Shown one piece after another: positions 25,046-38,191 of a stretch of 64,000 bases of DNA (positions within the stretch are counted from its first letter, which is position 1; the number at the start of each line of letters is the position of its first letter). This DNA comes from Camelus dromedarius (Eukaryota), in NCBI RefSeq assembly GCF_036321535.1, contig NC_087437.1, forward strand, positions 104,534,001 to 104,598,000. The letters run 5' to 3'. Below the pieces are notes generated by a model. The model was not told the DNA's origin, did not search any database, and saw nothing but the letters and a program-made list of their open reading frames with translations. Position numbers and translations under genes: made by a program.

Positions 25046-25644
25046 GTTTGTATCAGTGCCATTTGAGCACATGCTAGTGGGAATGTATTTGAGAAATGGA
25101 TAATATCAAGACATTATACTGCAAATTACCATCCTCAGACATGTGATGCTCTCGTGCATTGTTATGTGAAGACACAAACAGTGAGAAGAAATTATACTAA
25201 TCAGTTCACTGAAGCAGTTGACGCACAAACTAAAGATCGTATAAACTCTGATGTGCTTTGAAATGTGTCACAGTAAACAGCCAATTAGCTGTTAATTTAT
25301 GATAAGCTTTTATCTTGTTAGGAAAGATAACAATCTTTTGTGTGTCTTGTCAGCCTTAGGAAATAACTGCTTTTTTTCCTACACAACAAAGTAAAAATAA
25401 AGAAACAGTAGTTTTCTGTGTGAATGTAGAATATGTCAGAAAACTTCTATAAGCAGCAAGAAGAAATAAAGAAATAAAGGAAAAAATATTCCTAATTAAA
25501 TTTTATTATTTAAATATTTACAGAGTGTCTGTTATTGACCAATCACTATCCTAGGAAAAATAGGTGATTAAGTTATCATATTGTCTTCTAGGAGACAAGG
25601 GATCAAAGAGATGTGAAAAGATAAAATACGAGAAGACAGATATA

Positions 25645-25890
25645 CCCCCCGTCCCAGGGGGTGGGAAGGGACTGGGAGTTCAAAATGTAGAATAGATAAA
25701 CAAGATTGTACTGTGTAGCACAGGGAAATATATACAGGATCTTGTGGTGGCTCACAGAGAAAGAGAATGTGACAATGAATGTATGTATGTTCAAGTATAA
25801 CTGAAAAATTGTGCTCTATACTGGAATTTGACATAACATTGTAATACGACTATAACAAAAAATGTTAAAAAAATTTGTTTTTTATAAAAA
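25645..25890 (+). mobile_element. Young camelid-type L1 3' end with TSD
   Basis: gatcttgtggtggctcacagag...ataactgaaaaattgtgctctatactggaatttgac; A-rich tail; TSD aagacagatata (25633-25644) / aagtcagatata (25891-25902). Confidence 0.9.
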
Positions 25891-26489
25891 AAGTCAGATA
25901 TAAAGAAGGTAAACAAAAGATAAACTGGGCATAGATGAATAAATAGAAAGCAAAATAGATTATTTCCCTTCTATGAAGGCAGGCATTTGGAGCTAGATGA
26001 CTGATGTAATTAGGACCCACAGGAACTGCATGAGCCTCAGTGAAGCAACTTCACAGAAAAGCCTCTCTCTCCCATATAACTTGTGAATTCTGTGAGAGTA
26101 CTTGACAAGGGATGAAATCCTGCATTGTATAACTGCTAGGTAATTGACCCAAGCAAATCCTACTAGAATAGTCTATCCGTTTTCCTCTTTAAATGAAATC
26201 AATACCAGGAGAAGCCATATCTTCAGTCCTTACCAGCTATCATTTTATCTGTCTGCTAATAACCCAATAGCATTTTGTTGAGTAGGAAGAAAATACAGGA
26301 TCCATTCTGGCTTACATTGGGATAGAGAGGATCAGGAACCAAAAAAAAAAAAAGAACAAAAACAAAAACAAACAAACAAACAAACAAAACAAGTGGGAGA
26401 GGAGCCTGGATGTTAGGAAAGAGGAAATGGATGCTAGAAATGGAAGTCTGAATTGATCCCAGTCCAAAGAATAAATTTTATGTTGTGAA

Positions 26490-26830
26490 CCTAACTGCAA
26501 GTATTTCCTTAGCATTAATAAAATGCCAGATGATTCTCCATTGTTTTTCATATATTACCTCATTTAAATCTCATAACTGTTATATAAATATTATTTTTAT
26601 TATCTCAATTTTATAGATGAAGAAATCAAAGATTACAGAGGTTAAATAATAAATAATTTATTATCTCAATTTTATAGATGAAAAGAATCAAAGATTACAG
26701 GAGGTTACAGAGTACAGTTTACTCTATAAGATTAAATTGTAGTAGTAAAGGTTGCATATCAGGTAAAAAAATGAAGCAGGACTTCAATTCAAGCAACCTG
26801 ACTCAAGCTTTTTACAGTTCATCATCACAG
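26490..26830 (-). mobile_element. MIR SINE with internal tandem duplication
   Basis: tattacctcatttaaatctcataac...attatctcaattttatagatgaagaaatcaaagattacagaggttaa (core present twice). Confidence 0.7.
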
Positions 26831-28019
26831 AGTGTATTTTACAGATGTGGAACCAGATTCATTGAATATACTTACTATATTAAGGATTCAAAATTGCCAC
26901 AATGCTTAGTTAAATGGCAGTATGATGGAGACAGTCACTGTTGCATCTTTAGCTCAGTTGCATTTATTTCTGGCATTTCCCTGGCGTGTGATATTGCTTT
27001 CAATTAGGTCTCTTGGCCAGGTTTTGGGAAAGGCAATTTCTCTAACTTCCCTTGGCTGTCGCTAGTATGGTACTTCTCTGTATACTTCAGAATTATGTGA
27101 GGGTCTGCCAGTTATCAAGTCTGTCCGTTGTAATCATGCGTTTTCGTGTGTGCGTGTGTGTGCGCTTGTGATGAATATTGGACTCGATAACGTGACACCC
27201 ATGTGCTCCAACTCTAAAGGTTGCTGTGATAACACCCCAGGTTTCTCAGTATCGGTGACTGTTTCAGGTGAGAGATTTGTGTTTTCAAGTGAATTAAATG
27301 GCTTAGGATCCTTTGGAGGAAAGCTGACAAATTCATTACAGGATGCATGTGTCTTTGTGTTGTAGGGTCCTTTCTCATGGGGGTTTGTCCTTTCACTCAG
27401 TCACGTAGTTCTGAATCTGAACTTCAGCACCTGGGCAAAGGGTCATGACATTTTATTAAAATGGCTTCCCCATGCTCCTGATCATTTATTTTTAATTTCT
27501 TTTGTTTTCGTAGATAAAGCAATGCCCTGTTTGTTGCTAATTTATCTTGGCCCTAAGAATAATGTTTTGATAACCATCCCCATCGCTCTCAGTGGTTGTG
27601 CCTGCCCTCCTGTTTCCCTCTTTCTCATACTCTCCCATTACGATAATGTTTTCCTTTTTCTTCATACTTAAGTATCCATATGCAATCTCTATTATTTTAT
27701 GATTTTATCATCCCCTTTCTCTCAGGAATTTTAGTTCTGCAACAGTATCTCCAATAGGTCATTGTAATCTGTAGAGGACAGCCAACATTGAGCTTCTAAA
27801 TTGAGCTTGTTTTAATCGAGTAAAAAACCTCAGGTCAAAACTACATTTTGTGTTTGGAAAATTACTGAGAGGCCAATACCAAGAGAAACTTGTACAAGAA
27901 TACCCTTTAGATTGAACTAATAAAAAACATGCCTGATATATTTAAGATATATATATATATACATACATATGCATGTATTTAAAAAATATAAATGTGAATG
28001 TGTGTATATGAAATACAGG

Positions 28020-28700
28020 AATAGACTGTAGTAGCTGAGAACAACTGTAAGAACTTTGATTTTGCGTTACAATGAAGTATAAAGTAATTCTAGAATTTTG
28101 AAAAGATGACTGATGTCATCGTTCTTAAAATGTCTCCTGTTTTGAGATTATATGGTAGGGAGTCAAGGGTAGAAACATTGAGTTCAATTAAGAACCTGTT
28201 GGACAAATCAAGTGAGAAATGATGGTGGATGTAACTTGGATGGTAGCAATGGAGCGGGTGGTTAACGGTCAATAGTGGATATAATTGAAAGTAGAGCAGG
28301 TAGAATTTGCTAGTAAATTGAATTCATACTCCAAAGAAAGTGAGTATTCAAGAAAAATGATAGTGTTTCAGACTGAATAATGCAGAATGAAGTTGCCATT
28401 GATACAGTGAGGCAGAATGTGGGAGAAGGTAGGCTTTGAGGGAGGAACAGGTTTGTTTTTTAGATAATTTAAGTATGTTAACTTTTAGACATCTAATTAG
28501 TAATAATATGTAGTTGCTTTTAGAAGTTTATAGTTTGGATAAGTGTTCCCAGTTGTAAATATCCATCAGATATATTCACACATTGACGTTATTTAAAACA
28601 AAAGTCTGGATGAGATCACCAAGGAGTGAGTGGGTAAAAATGACATAAGAAAAAAGGGGTGTTCCCTGGGCTACACTGAGTATTACTGGAGATTGTGGGA
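28020..28700 (-). mobile_element. L2 fragment
   Basis: caagtgagaaatgatggtggatgtaacttggatggtagcaatggag...ggatataattgaaagtagagcaggtagaatttgctag...ctggatgagatcaccaagggagtgag-like antisense L2 motifs. Confidence 0.75.
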
Positions 28701-29244
28701 AAAGTGTGCTCATCAAAGGGAATTCAAACTTGTTCTAGATATTTTTTCGAGGCTAATATATTCAACTTTAATTTGCAGATTTTTTTTAAATAGCCATTTC
28801 TCTCTTTCCAGTGAATAGAGTAATAGATATGAAATGGTAATGGATACCTCAAAATTACTGAGTCACTCAGTGGCTATTAGAATGGATCTTCCAAAACACA
28901 AATGAACACATCAATTTGTAGTTGCATCTCGCACGTTATATTGTGTTCAGTTGACTTTTACACCATAGCTGTTACTAGTGTATAAGGATACCCTGAGTGA
29001 GTCCCAGCTCATCCTAGGATTGTAAAATATTAGAAATATTTAATGTATTTTTCTTAGAACTGTTTTGGGACTTACTTGGCAAGAAAAAATAGAAGTCACT
29101 ATGATTTTTTAAAATACACATCCATAATAAAGTAAATAGTTGTGAGAAATAAACTATGCAAAAATTATTATACTACTTGAATAAATATGAATTTATATAG
29201 ATCATCCTGTATGCAAAGCAACTTTTCCTAATTGTCAGAGACAT

Positions 29245-29430
29245 TAATAAATATTTATTGAATATTTACTGTAAGCTATATATTGTTGATTTTTTTTTTT
29301 AGATCAAAGATGCCTAAGATATACTTTCTGCCTTTGAAAATGTACAATCTCTTAGGGGAAGCAAATGTATCCTAAAGATATCCATATCCTAAATATAGTG
29401 ATAAGCGTATTTAAGGGCCTATGTGAATGT
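29245..29430 (-). mobile_element. L2 3' end fragment
   Basis: aataaatatttattgaatatttactgtaagc...ttctgcctttgaaaatgtacaatct. Confidence 0.55.
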
Positions 29431-30799
29431 AAGTAAAATGTTTTATGTATTGGGACTACTTCTATACAGTGTACATGAAATTAAAAAAAGGATAAAATAC
29501 TGCCCTGCTCATTGAGTGTGAAATGCTTCAGTAATTTCATTCACATTACTCACGTGCACTATATCAGAGTGCTGTTTTAGAGGAATGAATGAAAGCATTG
29601 AGCAATCAGTTTGAACACATGGGTAATACTTTAATTGAAGTCCTAAGATGAAGCTTGGGGCGAAGGCACTGCTGGAATGCCATAGAACAGTAATATGTGT
29701 TCACACCACCAGTGACAGGCTGGCACAGTGGGCTTCATCAACAGGTTTTTTTTCCCCCCAGGAGACATCTCAGAGGGGCTTCAACAAAGTATTAACCACA
29801 GTGTAACCTGGACCTACATGTTCCCTTTCTAGTGGGTTCAAAGAAGTCTCTATAATCAGTTCCTCAAAATTGGAAGTGAGCCCACTGTGAGAAAATTGAC
29901 AAATGTTGTTTACCTGCTGGGTGGAAAAATGGAAAAATATCAACCTAAGGGTATATTTGTTTTGATCTTGCATTGTGCCTGGTGATTACACAGCAACTGG
30001 AAACTGGCTGTATGGCAGGAAATCAGGAGGTGGCCGCACACTCACAGGAACTCAGTGCTGGCAAACAGATATTTCTTTGCTGCCAAAAGTTTCTTGCTCA
30101 CCACAAAGCTGGGTGACTTCAAGATGTTAATATACCCTGCAGCTGTAGCGTGGACTATAGCTTAAATACTGGAGAGAATCTCCACTTCTCTGTGAGAATT
30201 TCTGGGATTCAAATAGGAATTTGCGAAAAGAGAACCCTTTTAAATTTAATCCATTTAAAATCAGAGTTTAAGCGCCAAAACTGTTACTAAAAAGATGTTT
30301 GGGAGGAAGATTTTTGGACTATTGCAGACCTATTAAATGATGTGACCTCAGGAAGCTCCATATTTATTAGAACCCTCTTTCCATATGTCATGAAGAAGTC
30401 ATGTATTTCTTTTTAAATATTGCGTAATGCAGTTCCCTTGTGTTGTTCCATATTCAGAAATAGGAGGAGCCTCTTTCAGGATGTTAAACAAAAGGCAAGA
30501 CAGAACAGCATTAGGTTAGAAATGTAGCCCACAAGTTGTGCAGCAAGAAATGACTGATGCTGCAGGTGGGTTTCCAGTGTAGATGGAAAGAGTTTGCATG
30601 TCTCAAGCAATGAAAATAAATACAACCCCAAATGGGCAGAGGTTTCACGTGGCGTGGAGGAACTGGGTCTGTCAGAGTTGATTGGAGTACAGTAAGGAAT
30701 GAAGCACAGACGATAAAAGGGATGTATTTGTTTTTCAACCTGAAAGAAAGGAACCATTCGGCAACCATCCTTAAACACTGACAGATAAGAATGTGCCAG

Positions 30800-30925
30800 G
30801 ATGTAAATTCCACATGGACAGGGAGCTTAATAGGTTTTGCTCATTGCTTTATCAACATCACCTAAAATAGTGTGTGGCTTATGTGGTACTCGCGACATAT
30901 TTGTAGGTTTGAATGAATGAATAAA
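30800..30925 (+). mobile_element. L2 3' end
   Basis: tgtaaattccacatggacaggg...cacctaaaatagtgtgtggcttatgtggtactcgcgacatatttgtaggtttgaatgaatgaataaa. Confidence 0.7.
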
Positions 30926-31357
30926 GCTGGGAATATGAGAGTTTTATGGAAGCCAAAAAAAAAAAAAAAAAGAAAGAAACACTTGGTAACAATGTAAAAA
31001 GTCTTATCATTTTGAAAATGAATAAAATATCAAGTTGAGTCTGATATTGGAGACATTAGATAAGATACCTAGGATTTGTTGGAAGTGTCCTTAAATCTCC
31101 CATTTCTTTTCCCTGACAGAGACACAGAGTTAACAATTTCCCTGGGCCCATATTTCCCTACCTTAGTGTGTCTCATTCCATCCAATTGCCTTTTTGACAG
31201 TCTCTAAAAGTTCAAGATTTTATATTCCTCTTAAAACTTAGTATCTATTCTATTCACTTAAGGATAAATTAACTTTCTAGCTGATGAACCCATTCTTAGT
31301 ATGTTGATATGAATGACACTGAAAAATTATAGTTAGTTGTCCCTGGTGTGTGTACTT

Positions 31358-31388
31358 TAGATAGATAGATAGATGATAGATAGATAGA
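31358..31388. repeat. (GATA)n microsatellite
   Basis: tagatagatagatagatgatagatagataga. Confidence 0.9.
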
Positions 31389-32149
31389 GGATAAATACAC
31401 AGATACATGGAAAGAGGGTGGATATAGATATATAGACATTTCAAATATTTAGAAGTCTTCAAACTTTCAAAACCAAAAGGAGGACTCCAGCCATCTCCAG
31501 CCTTCTAGGAGACTGTTCATGAACATTTTTTTTTTACTAAAAGAGCGTGCTCTAGTTATTTCCACATCATATAATTAAACTCAAGTTATATCCATAGTTT
31601 CTTATTTAAAAAATGATAGTCTGTTACTTGTGATAGTATTATAAGTTCCAGGTAATCTTGACAATATTTTCACCTTGCATAATGAAACTGAGACAAGAGA
31701 AGATCCAGAGCTTAAAATGCCACATTCTAGATCATATGGAGATTGAAATGCTTTTTCCTGTAATAGTCCATTATAAATGTAGACTGGGAATTTTTTTCAA
31801 AAAAAAATTCAATTATTATATATTATAGATATTAAGCATTTATCTGTATGAATCCAGTCATTCATTTTTATGAGTACAGAATATCATAGGGTTCCATGTG
31901 CACCTGAAGATTGTTTTACACTACAAAGAGAATGGTCTTAACTGTTTCAAAAGTGTCTTGACAGTGAACATGACTATATTTCCTCTACGTATTTTATTAT
32001 TTCAGATTACAAAAATTCATTATTCACCAAAGTCATAAATATTTCTATTTTTGGAACTGATTATACATGGATTATCCCTGCTACAATGCTATAGCTGGGG
32101 ATTAATGTAGAAATTATCTACATCTTTCTTTTTCCACCAAATTATTTGA

Positions 32150-32250
32150 CTAATGGAGAAGTTGAATGCCACAGAGGTCTCTGGATTTCGCCAGGACCAC
32201 ACAGTTGAAGAGGGCTGTGTTGGGATTTTTAAAACATGCTTTCTAAATTT
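32150..32250 (-). mobile_element. MIR fragment
   Basis: aatggagaagttgaatgccacagaggtc...gccaggaccacacagttgaagagggctgtgttgggatt. Confidence 0.45.
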
Positions 32251-34288
32251 GGGGCGGCTCTGTCTTATCTACTCCACTAGTGCTTTTCAAACTTTTCTGA
32301 GACCACTGGACACAGAAATTTTTAGGATCAGGATTCTGGTGTTTCTGAACATTCTGGCCCCAGTTCAACTGGGCTGAGTTATGCTTTATTCTTTTCCACT
32401 TCCTGCTTTTATGGTAAATTTTGCTAAAATGCTTCCCCGTGCTAAAATCTTTATAAACCTTTATACTAGAAAACAACTCTTAAGTATGATTAATATTATT
32501 GGATGAACCCTCCTCCTTTCAGGACAAGAAACGTAACCACCCCCATACATGGTCATGTATGTGACACTAAATATATCCCTACAAATAATGACAAAAGTGT
32601 CCCCTGTTTATTATCAGGGAAGTCATCTGACCATTTGACCCAAAATCTCTGTCTTCAGTCAGTAGAACATACTAGTAGATTGTGTCATTTTGAGATTGTA
32701 AAGAATCTCCATAAGTTGACAAAGCCCAGGTGAGAAAGAACTAAAGTAATTTCAGCTGAAAGCCCAATGCAAGAAGAGAAGAGCGGCTGGTGATCAGACT
32801 CCAGGCATTGTTAAAGAGTAGGTAAGAGGGGAAGTGTGGGACAAATGAAAGCAAGAATTTGTAGATATATATTTAAGGCTATATTGAAGAAAATTTTCAT
32901 GTGTGCTCCAAACAACACTGGAGCATAAAGAATTATGGAGCATAAAAAACTTATGTTTTCTCATTATGGATGGCTTGGCTTCTGAATCCATGAATTATTC
33001 ATTCTTCAGATCTGATACTAGATTCCTACACTGAGCACCAACCTGCCAGGTGTCCGTCTATTCTCTTGTCCTCGGTAGTGGCTAGTGAAGCACAGCAAAC
33101 CCTGTGGGAAGTGTAACCTTTTCCCTATGACTTACCCAAAGGTACCCACTTGTTATTTTCAAATCAGATGAAACACAGGGTCTTAACTCTTTTAGTAAAT
33201 TATTATTCTAATTGACGTTCACTGGTTCAGAGGATTCTATAATAGCATTAATTTTCCTAAACTCTAAACAAAGGTTCAGGACTCATCAGAGTCATGGCAA
33301 ATAAGTTACCAATAATATATTTTGTTCCAATTGTGATGTTAATTTACTTATCGTCAGAGAGTTCATCAAGCATTTCTCTTAAAATACCTATTCTTCTGGC
33401 TACATATTATCATGGAGAATTTCTCCTCTACCCTTGACAGAGAAATCGGTGCCGGATTTATTGGTTAGAAAAAGTCAACTACAGAATTGGATAAAACGTG
33501 AGGCACTATCTTTAGTGATTGAACAGCTTTGCTGGACTCTGTCCTTTGGCAAAAGTAATTACATGAGAAGAACTCCAAGGTCAGTCCTCAGTAAACCTGG
33601 CATTCTTCCTGGAAGCCCTTTGGAGCTGGAAGCAGAGAGATGAACCCCACATGGGACATCCACCTCACTGAGTGCAGGAGGCTGCTGAAGCTAATGGGAT
33701 TGGTAGGGCAAGACATGTAAGAAGAGGAAGATTCAGATTCTCCATGGATTGTCCATCAAAATACATTGTGTTCTTGGTTGAAGTCTGGACTACACCTGAA
33801 AAGTGTGAGACTCTGAGGGGCTGTTGACATGCTAGAATTGTCTTCAAAGTGAGATTTGCTGAATCTAAATGCTTCATTATAAAGGAAGCCAACTACATAG
33901 TTATCCACAGAAGCTCTAGCACGCCCATCAGACAGAGTGGTTGAGACAGATTGAATCCCTGAATTTCCGTTATATCCTAGACATTCAAGGATGATCTGAT
34001 CAGTACAAAGAATAGAAGACAAGTGTATAAATAACAAAATTGGAGCAGAAATTAACCATATAAATAAATGTTAAACAATTAGGGAAATATTTACAAATGT
34101 ATGCAAATGCATTAGAATTACTGAGACAGTATGGTTAAAGGATATCAAAAATTTTGAAGCAGTACCTAGGAAAATAGGAACAAATTCTCAGAGGGAAAAA
34201 ATGGGAAGATAGTTGGAAATTTGCCACAACCAGAAATCTCTCCCAAAAAAGAAAAGTCAATTTTAAAGCTCCATGTAATGTTCTGGAT

Positions 34289-34856
34289 TGAAGTAGGCAG
34301 AATTCTTAAGTTGGCCTCAGGATCCTACCCTCAGGTCTTCATTCTACTACACCTTTATTGTCGGTGGGATTGTTATTTTAATGGAATATTATTGTATTAT
34401 ATGGCAAAAGTGAAGGAATTTTGCAAACATAATAAAATTTTCTAAACAACTGACTTCTAGTTAATCGAAGAGAGATTATTTTGCATGAGCCAGACTTAAT
34501 CAGATGAGTACTTCAATGACAGAAGTTGAAGAGACTGGAACAACAGCAGACTTTTTTCTGCAGACAAAAGAAAAATGCCGTATTTTGGAGGGGGCCGTGT
34601 GGTAGGTAACTGCAGGAGGCTTCTGGCAGTGAAGCACCTTGGTTCTATACCTTCAAAGAACTTATTTCTGGCAATGATAAGCTGGCTTGAAAGAGGACAC
34701 AGAGCCTTGAATGAGATTTCAGCCTGATGAGATGCTGAGCAGAGGGCCCAGCCAACCTGTGTACAGACTCCTGGTCCACAGAGCTGATAAACTTATGTTG
34801 TGTTAAGCCACTGAATTTGCCGTAATTTGCCATACAGCAACAGAAAATTAGTAACA
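34289..34856 (+). mobile_element. MaLR MLT1E-like solo LTR
   Basis: tgaagtaggcagaattcttaagttggcc...tatatggcaaaagtgaaggaattttgcaaac...gttaagccactgaatttgccgtaatttgccatacagcaacagaaaattagtaaca. Confidence 0.85.
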
Positions 34857-35579
34857 GAAATTAAAGGTAAAAAGCTGTCCAACTTCTAATATAAAGTTTT
34901 CACAGTCCTAGCAATGAATCTATAAAAGGAGAGCATTAAAAGAAAGGACAAGAAAAATCACAAGGCAACCGTTTATTAAGACCTAATACACCTAACACAC
35001 CTAAGGCAATCAAATCATGTAATTTGCTACATTAGCCAATTAAACACTTCATACTTATAGATGCCAGCAGTATCTTTTCATGTAAATTAACAACCATTTA
35101 TGAGAAACAATTTCAGTAGAAGATGAATAGGAGCTTAATAATGAGGAAGGTCTAGGTAAACATCTAATAATAATCTAAATCCAAATTTCAGTGCCTAAGC
35201 ATAACAAAGGTAGATTCCTAACTCATGCAAGCTCTGATGTGCATCCGGCAGCTCTTTGGGGCTTATGTTTCTCCATATGGTGACTCAGATATCTTGGTTG
35301 TTTATTTCTTACATCAGGATGGATCTATACCATGGACAAGGAGGATATAATCTAATCTTCATGCAGGCAAAGTTCCTGTGAGGATATAGACAATCTGTGA
35401 TAAGATGTACTAATGGAATATTTCCCAGTTTAACATATTCTAGCATGTTCTACAGAAAATGTATTCTTTCACCTTGTTTTCAGTAAATGAGACATCTGTA
35501 AGAATTACATGTCTCAAAGTTCAGTTTTGCAAATATGTTAGATCTGGTCCTGTAAGAAACATACAAAAACCCACATCAC

Positions 35580-36420
35580 ACTGGGAAAAAATATTTCTGC
35601 CATAGATAATATAAAAATAATTTATACCTTGATATGAAAAAATTAAAAGAAAAATTGTACGAAAGACATAATCTATTGGGGGAAAATGGCAAAAGCACAA
35701 ATACAAGTTTCAAATAAGAATTATAAATGCTATGATTCAAATGTTTGTGTACTTCCAAATTTCATATATCAAAAACTTAATGCCCAAGGTGATTATCCTA
35801 GTAGATGTGGGGCCTACTGGAAGTACTTAGGTAATGAGGGATTAAGGCCCTTATAAAAGAGGCCCCATCCAAGTAGCCTGTTCTTTTCACCATGTGAAGA
35901 CACAGAATTCTGCATTCTACAACGCAGAAAAGGGACTTCATCAGACATCTAATCTGCCAGCACTGTGGCATCAGACTTCCCAGCCTCCAGAACTGTGAGA
36001 AATACATGCTGGTTATAAGCTACCTAGTCTATGGTATTTTGCTATAAAGCTTGAATGCATTAAGACAGTAAATAAAGAAATTCAAATTAAGTCATGAGAC
36101 GTAATTTTCACTAATCAAATTAGCAAAAAACCCAAACAAACAAACAAAAAAACCTCTGATGTGGAAATGCATAGTTTCACACATAAGGTATATACTATTT
36201 CAATCACAACTGTTTCCAAAATTGTAAAGTGGGAACAATATACATAACACAAATGGCTGTTAATAGGGAGTTCATTAAAAATTAAAATTGATAATCAGTG
36301 AAATGATGTGCAGCTCTGTGTAGACAAATGAAAAATAAAATCCTTCAAAACATAGTATTAACTGACATTAAAAGAAGTCACAAAGGAGTAAATAAAATGT
36401 AATTCAAAGTAAGATGTACA
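35580..36420 (+). mobile_element. L1ME-like 3' remnant, interrupted by an MLT1A LTR
   Basis: ctgggaaaaaatatttctgccatag...ggaaaatggcaaaag...aaagaaattcaaattaag...ttttcactaatcaaattagcaaaaa. Confidence 0.55.
35728..36067 (+). mobile_element. MaLR MLT1A0-like solo LTR
   Basis: TGCTATG...gacttcccagcctccagaactgtgagaaatac...TAAGACA; 5-bp TSD ataaa/gtaaa. Confidence 0.9.
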
Positions 36421-37732
36421 AGTCAAAAATCTACAAATAAATGTAAATATTGTGTAGTTCAGTAATTCACTCATATTACTTGAGTAACTAACACAAATAA
36501 TCTAGAACTACTCTAAACTTGAAAATATGCTTTTCAGCCATTTTGGACATCGAGTACTGTCAAGTTAGTATTACTTTGGCAAAGAAAAACAATAAACTTG
36601 TACTAATCCATACGGTGTAAAATTAAACTATGTCAGTCCTTGACTTGACAGTCAAAATGTGATAATTATAATTTCCTCTAAGGATTGTGCTTAGGCACTA
36701 GATTCGTAAGATAAGCCTAAATAAATATGAAATAATTTCTGCATATTGCATTTCTTATCTGATTTGAAGTCATACTCCAGTATTACCTATGTATTTCTTA
36801 CTCTACTCTAAATTCTAATATTGATTAGAAATTCTCAGGGCAGGCCAACTTTTGGATATTGCAGTTCTGTTATCATAGGCTTAAGGTAGGTGAGTGATTT
36901 ATTACTTCACAGAGAAGTAAAACATCAAAGGATGAAGTATTAATTCAGAGGTACCCAGGCTCAAGTAGACAAATAAACATAACACAGGGGATGTTAATAA
37001 TGGTCAAGTACGAGCAAAAAGAAGTATGAACAAAGGACCAAAAAAATGCAGTGTAGAAATTTTGTCTAGGAGCCTGGTGATATTGGAAGAGAGATTCAGA
37101 AGTAGAAAAACAGGTCAATAGGACAAAAATCAAAGTGTTGACAGTGTATTCCAAAATATCAAAGAACAAGGCTTAAGCAGACTAAGGTTGATTCATACCA
37201 ATGGAGATACGAAATTCTGTATTGTCTATGTGGTCACGAACAACAGTCGGGAGATAGGTTCTGGCCACTCTAGAGCAAGAGATACTTGTTTTGATTGGAG
37301 TTGTGATCCCTGCTTGTGAGGTTTCTCATGGGCTGGCGGTTGTGGAGGTGGTTTACAGCAGATACCTGTAGCTCCTGACCTCTCGAAGTAGAAGTAGAAG
37401 CAGAAGCAGTGGGATGAGACTTTGTGAAAGTTTTCATTTTTGACCACTATGTTTCTTCTACAGTTATTGCCTACCAGGGTCTGGACCTGGAGACTAGGTT
37501 CTGAATATGCTTAAGATAAGAGTGGAAAACCTGCGTGCTCCTGTTTTTCGACAATAAAACACAAGCAAATGTACACACACACACACATGCTCACGCTATG
37601 GGAAAGAGAGAAGAAAGTGGTCATTGATTAATTGTATTTCTTTAAAAATTCCCTTAGCAAATTCCTACAGAATACAAATATTATTAATGTGTAGTATATA
37701 ACTTCAAACAATCTTTAATGGGTACCAGGAAT

Positions 37733-37819
37733 TTTTTTTTTTTTAAGAGTTATGTTTTATTTGGCGGGAGGACTCTAGCCAGGATGACAGCCTCTCAGAT
37801 CACTCTGAGGGACTGCTCC
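37733..37819 (-). mobile_element. Polyadenylated retrocopy of an ERV1 (MER34/39-like) LTR transcript 3' end
   Basis: Minus strand: LTR-homologous sequence, then AATAAA, 11 nt, then a run of 13 A; TSD ccaggaat at 37725-37732 and 37820-37827. Confidence 0.75.
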
Positions 37820-38158
37820 CCAGGAATGCTTTCTTATGTTAACAATAAGATTATGAAGGTGTATCTAAATTTTATCTGCAAATTATTATAGGTAATAATT
37901 TTTATAACTCTCCAATGTTCAACATAAATAATAAAATCAATAAATGTATTGAGTAAATAATTGTTTCAGCAAGATATAAATACTTACGTTTTTTCTCTTT
38001 TGTAAATTTATAAGCCAGAATTTTATAAGCACATACCATGTTCTTCAAGTTTTAGGTGTGGGGACATTTAGTTGTGTTCCAGTGCAGCAACAAAATGTGC
38101 ATTATAATTTTGGTTTCCTCATTAAGAAGTAAATAGCTGTTTTCTCATCTGCATGTAT

Positions 38159-38191
38159 ATCTGTATCTATCTGTCTATCTGTCTATCTTTC

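Noticed and set aside
26341..26390. A-rich tracts (also 30954-30980, 52716-52737) as tails of processed pseudogenes
   Set aside because: No upstream mRNA-like body or convincing TSD; treated as simple repeats
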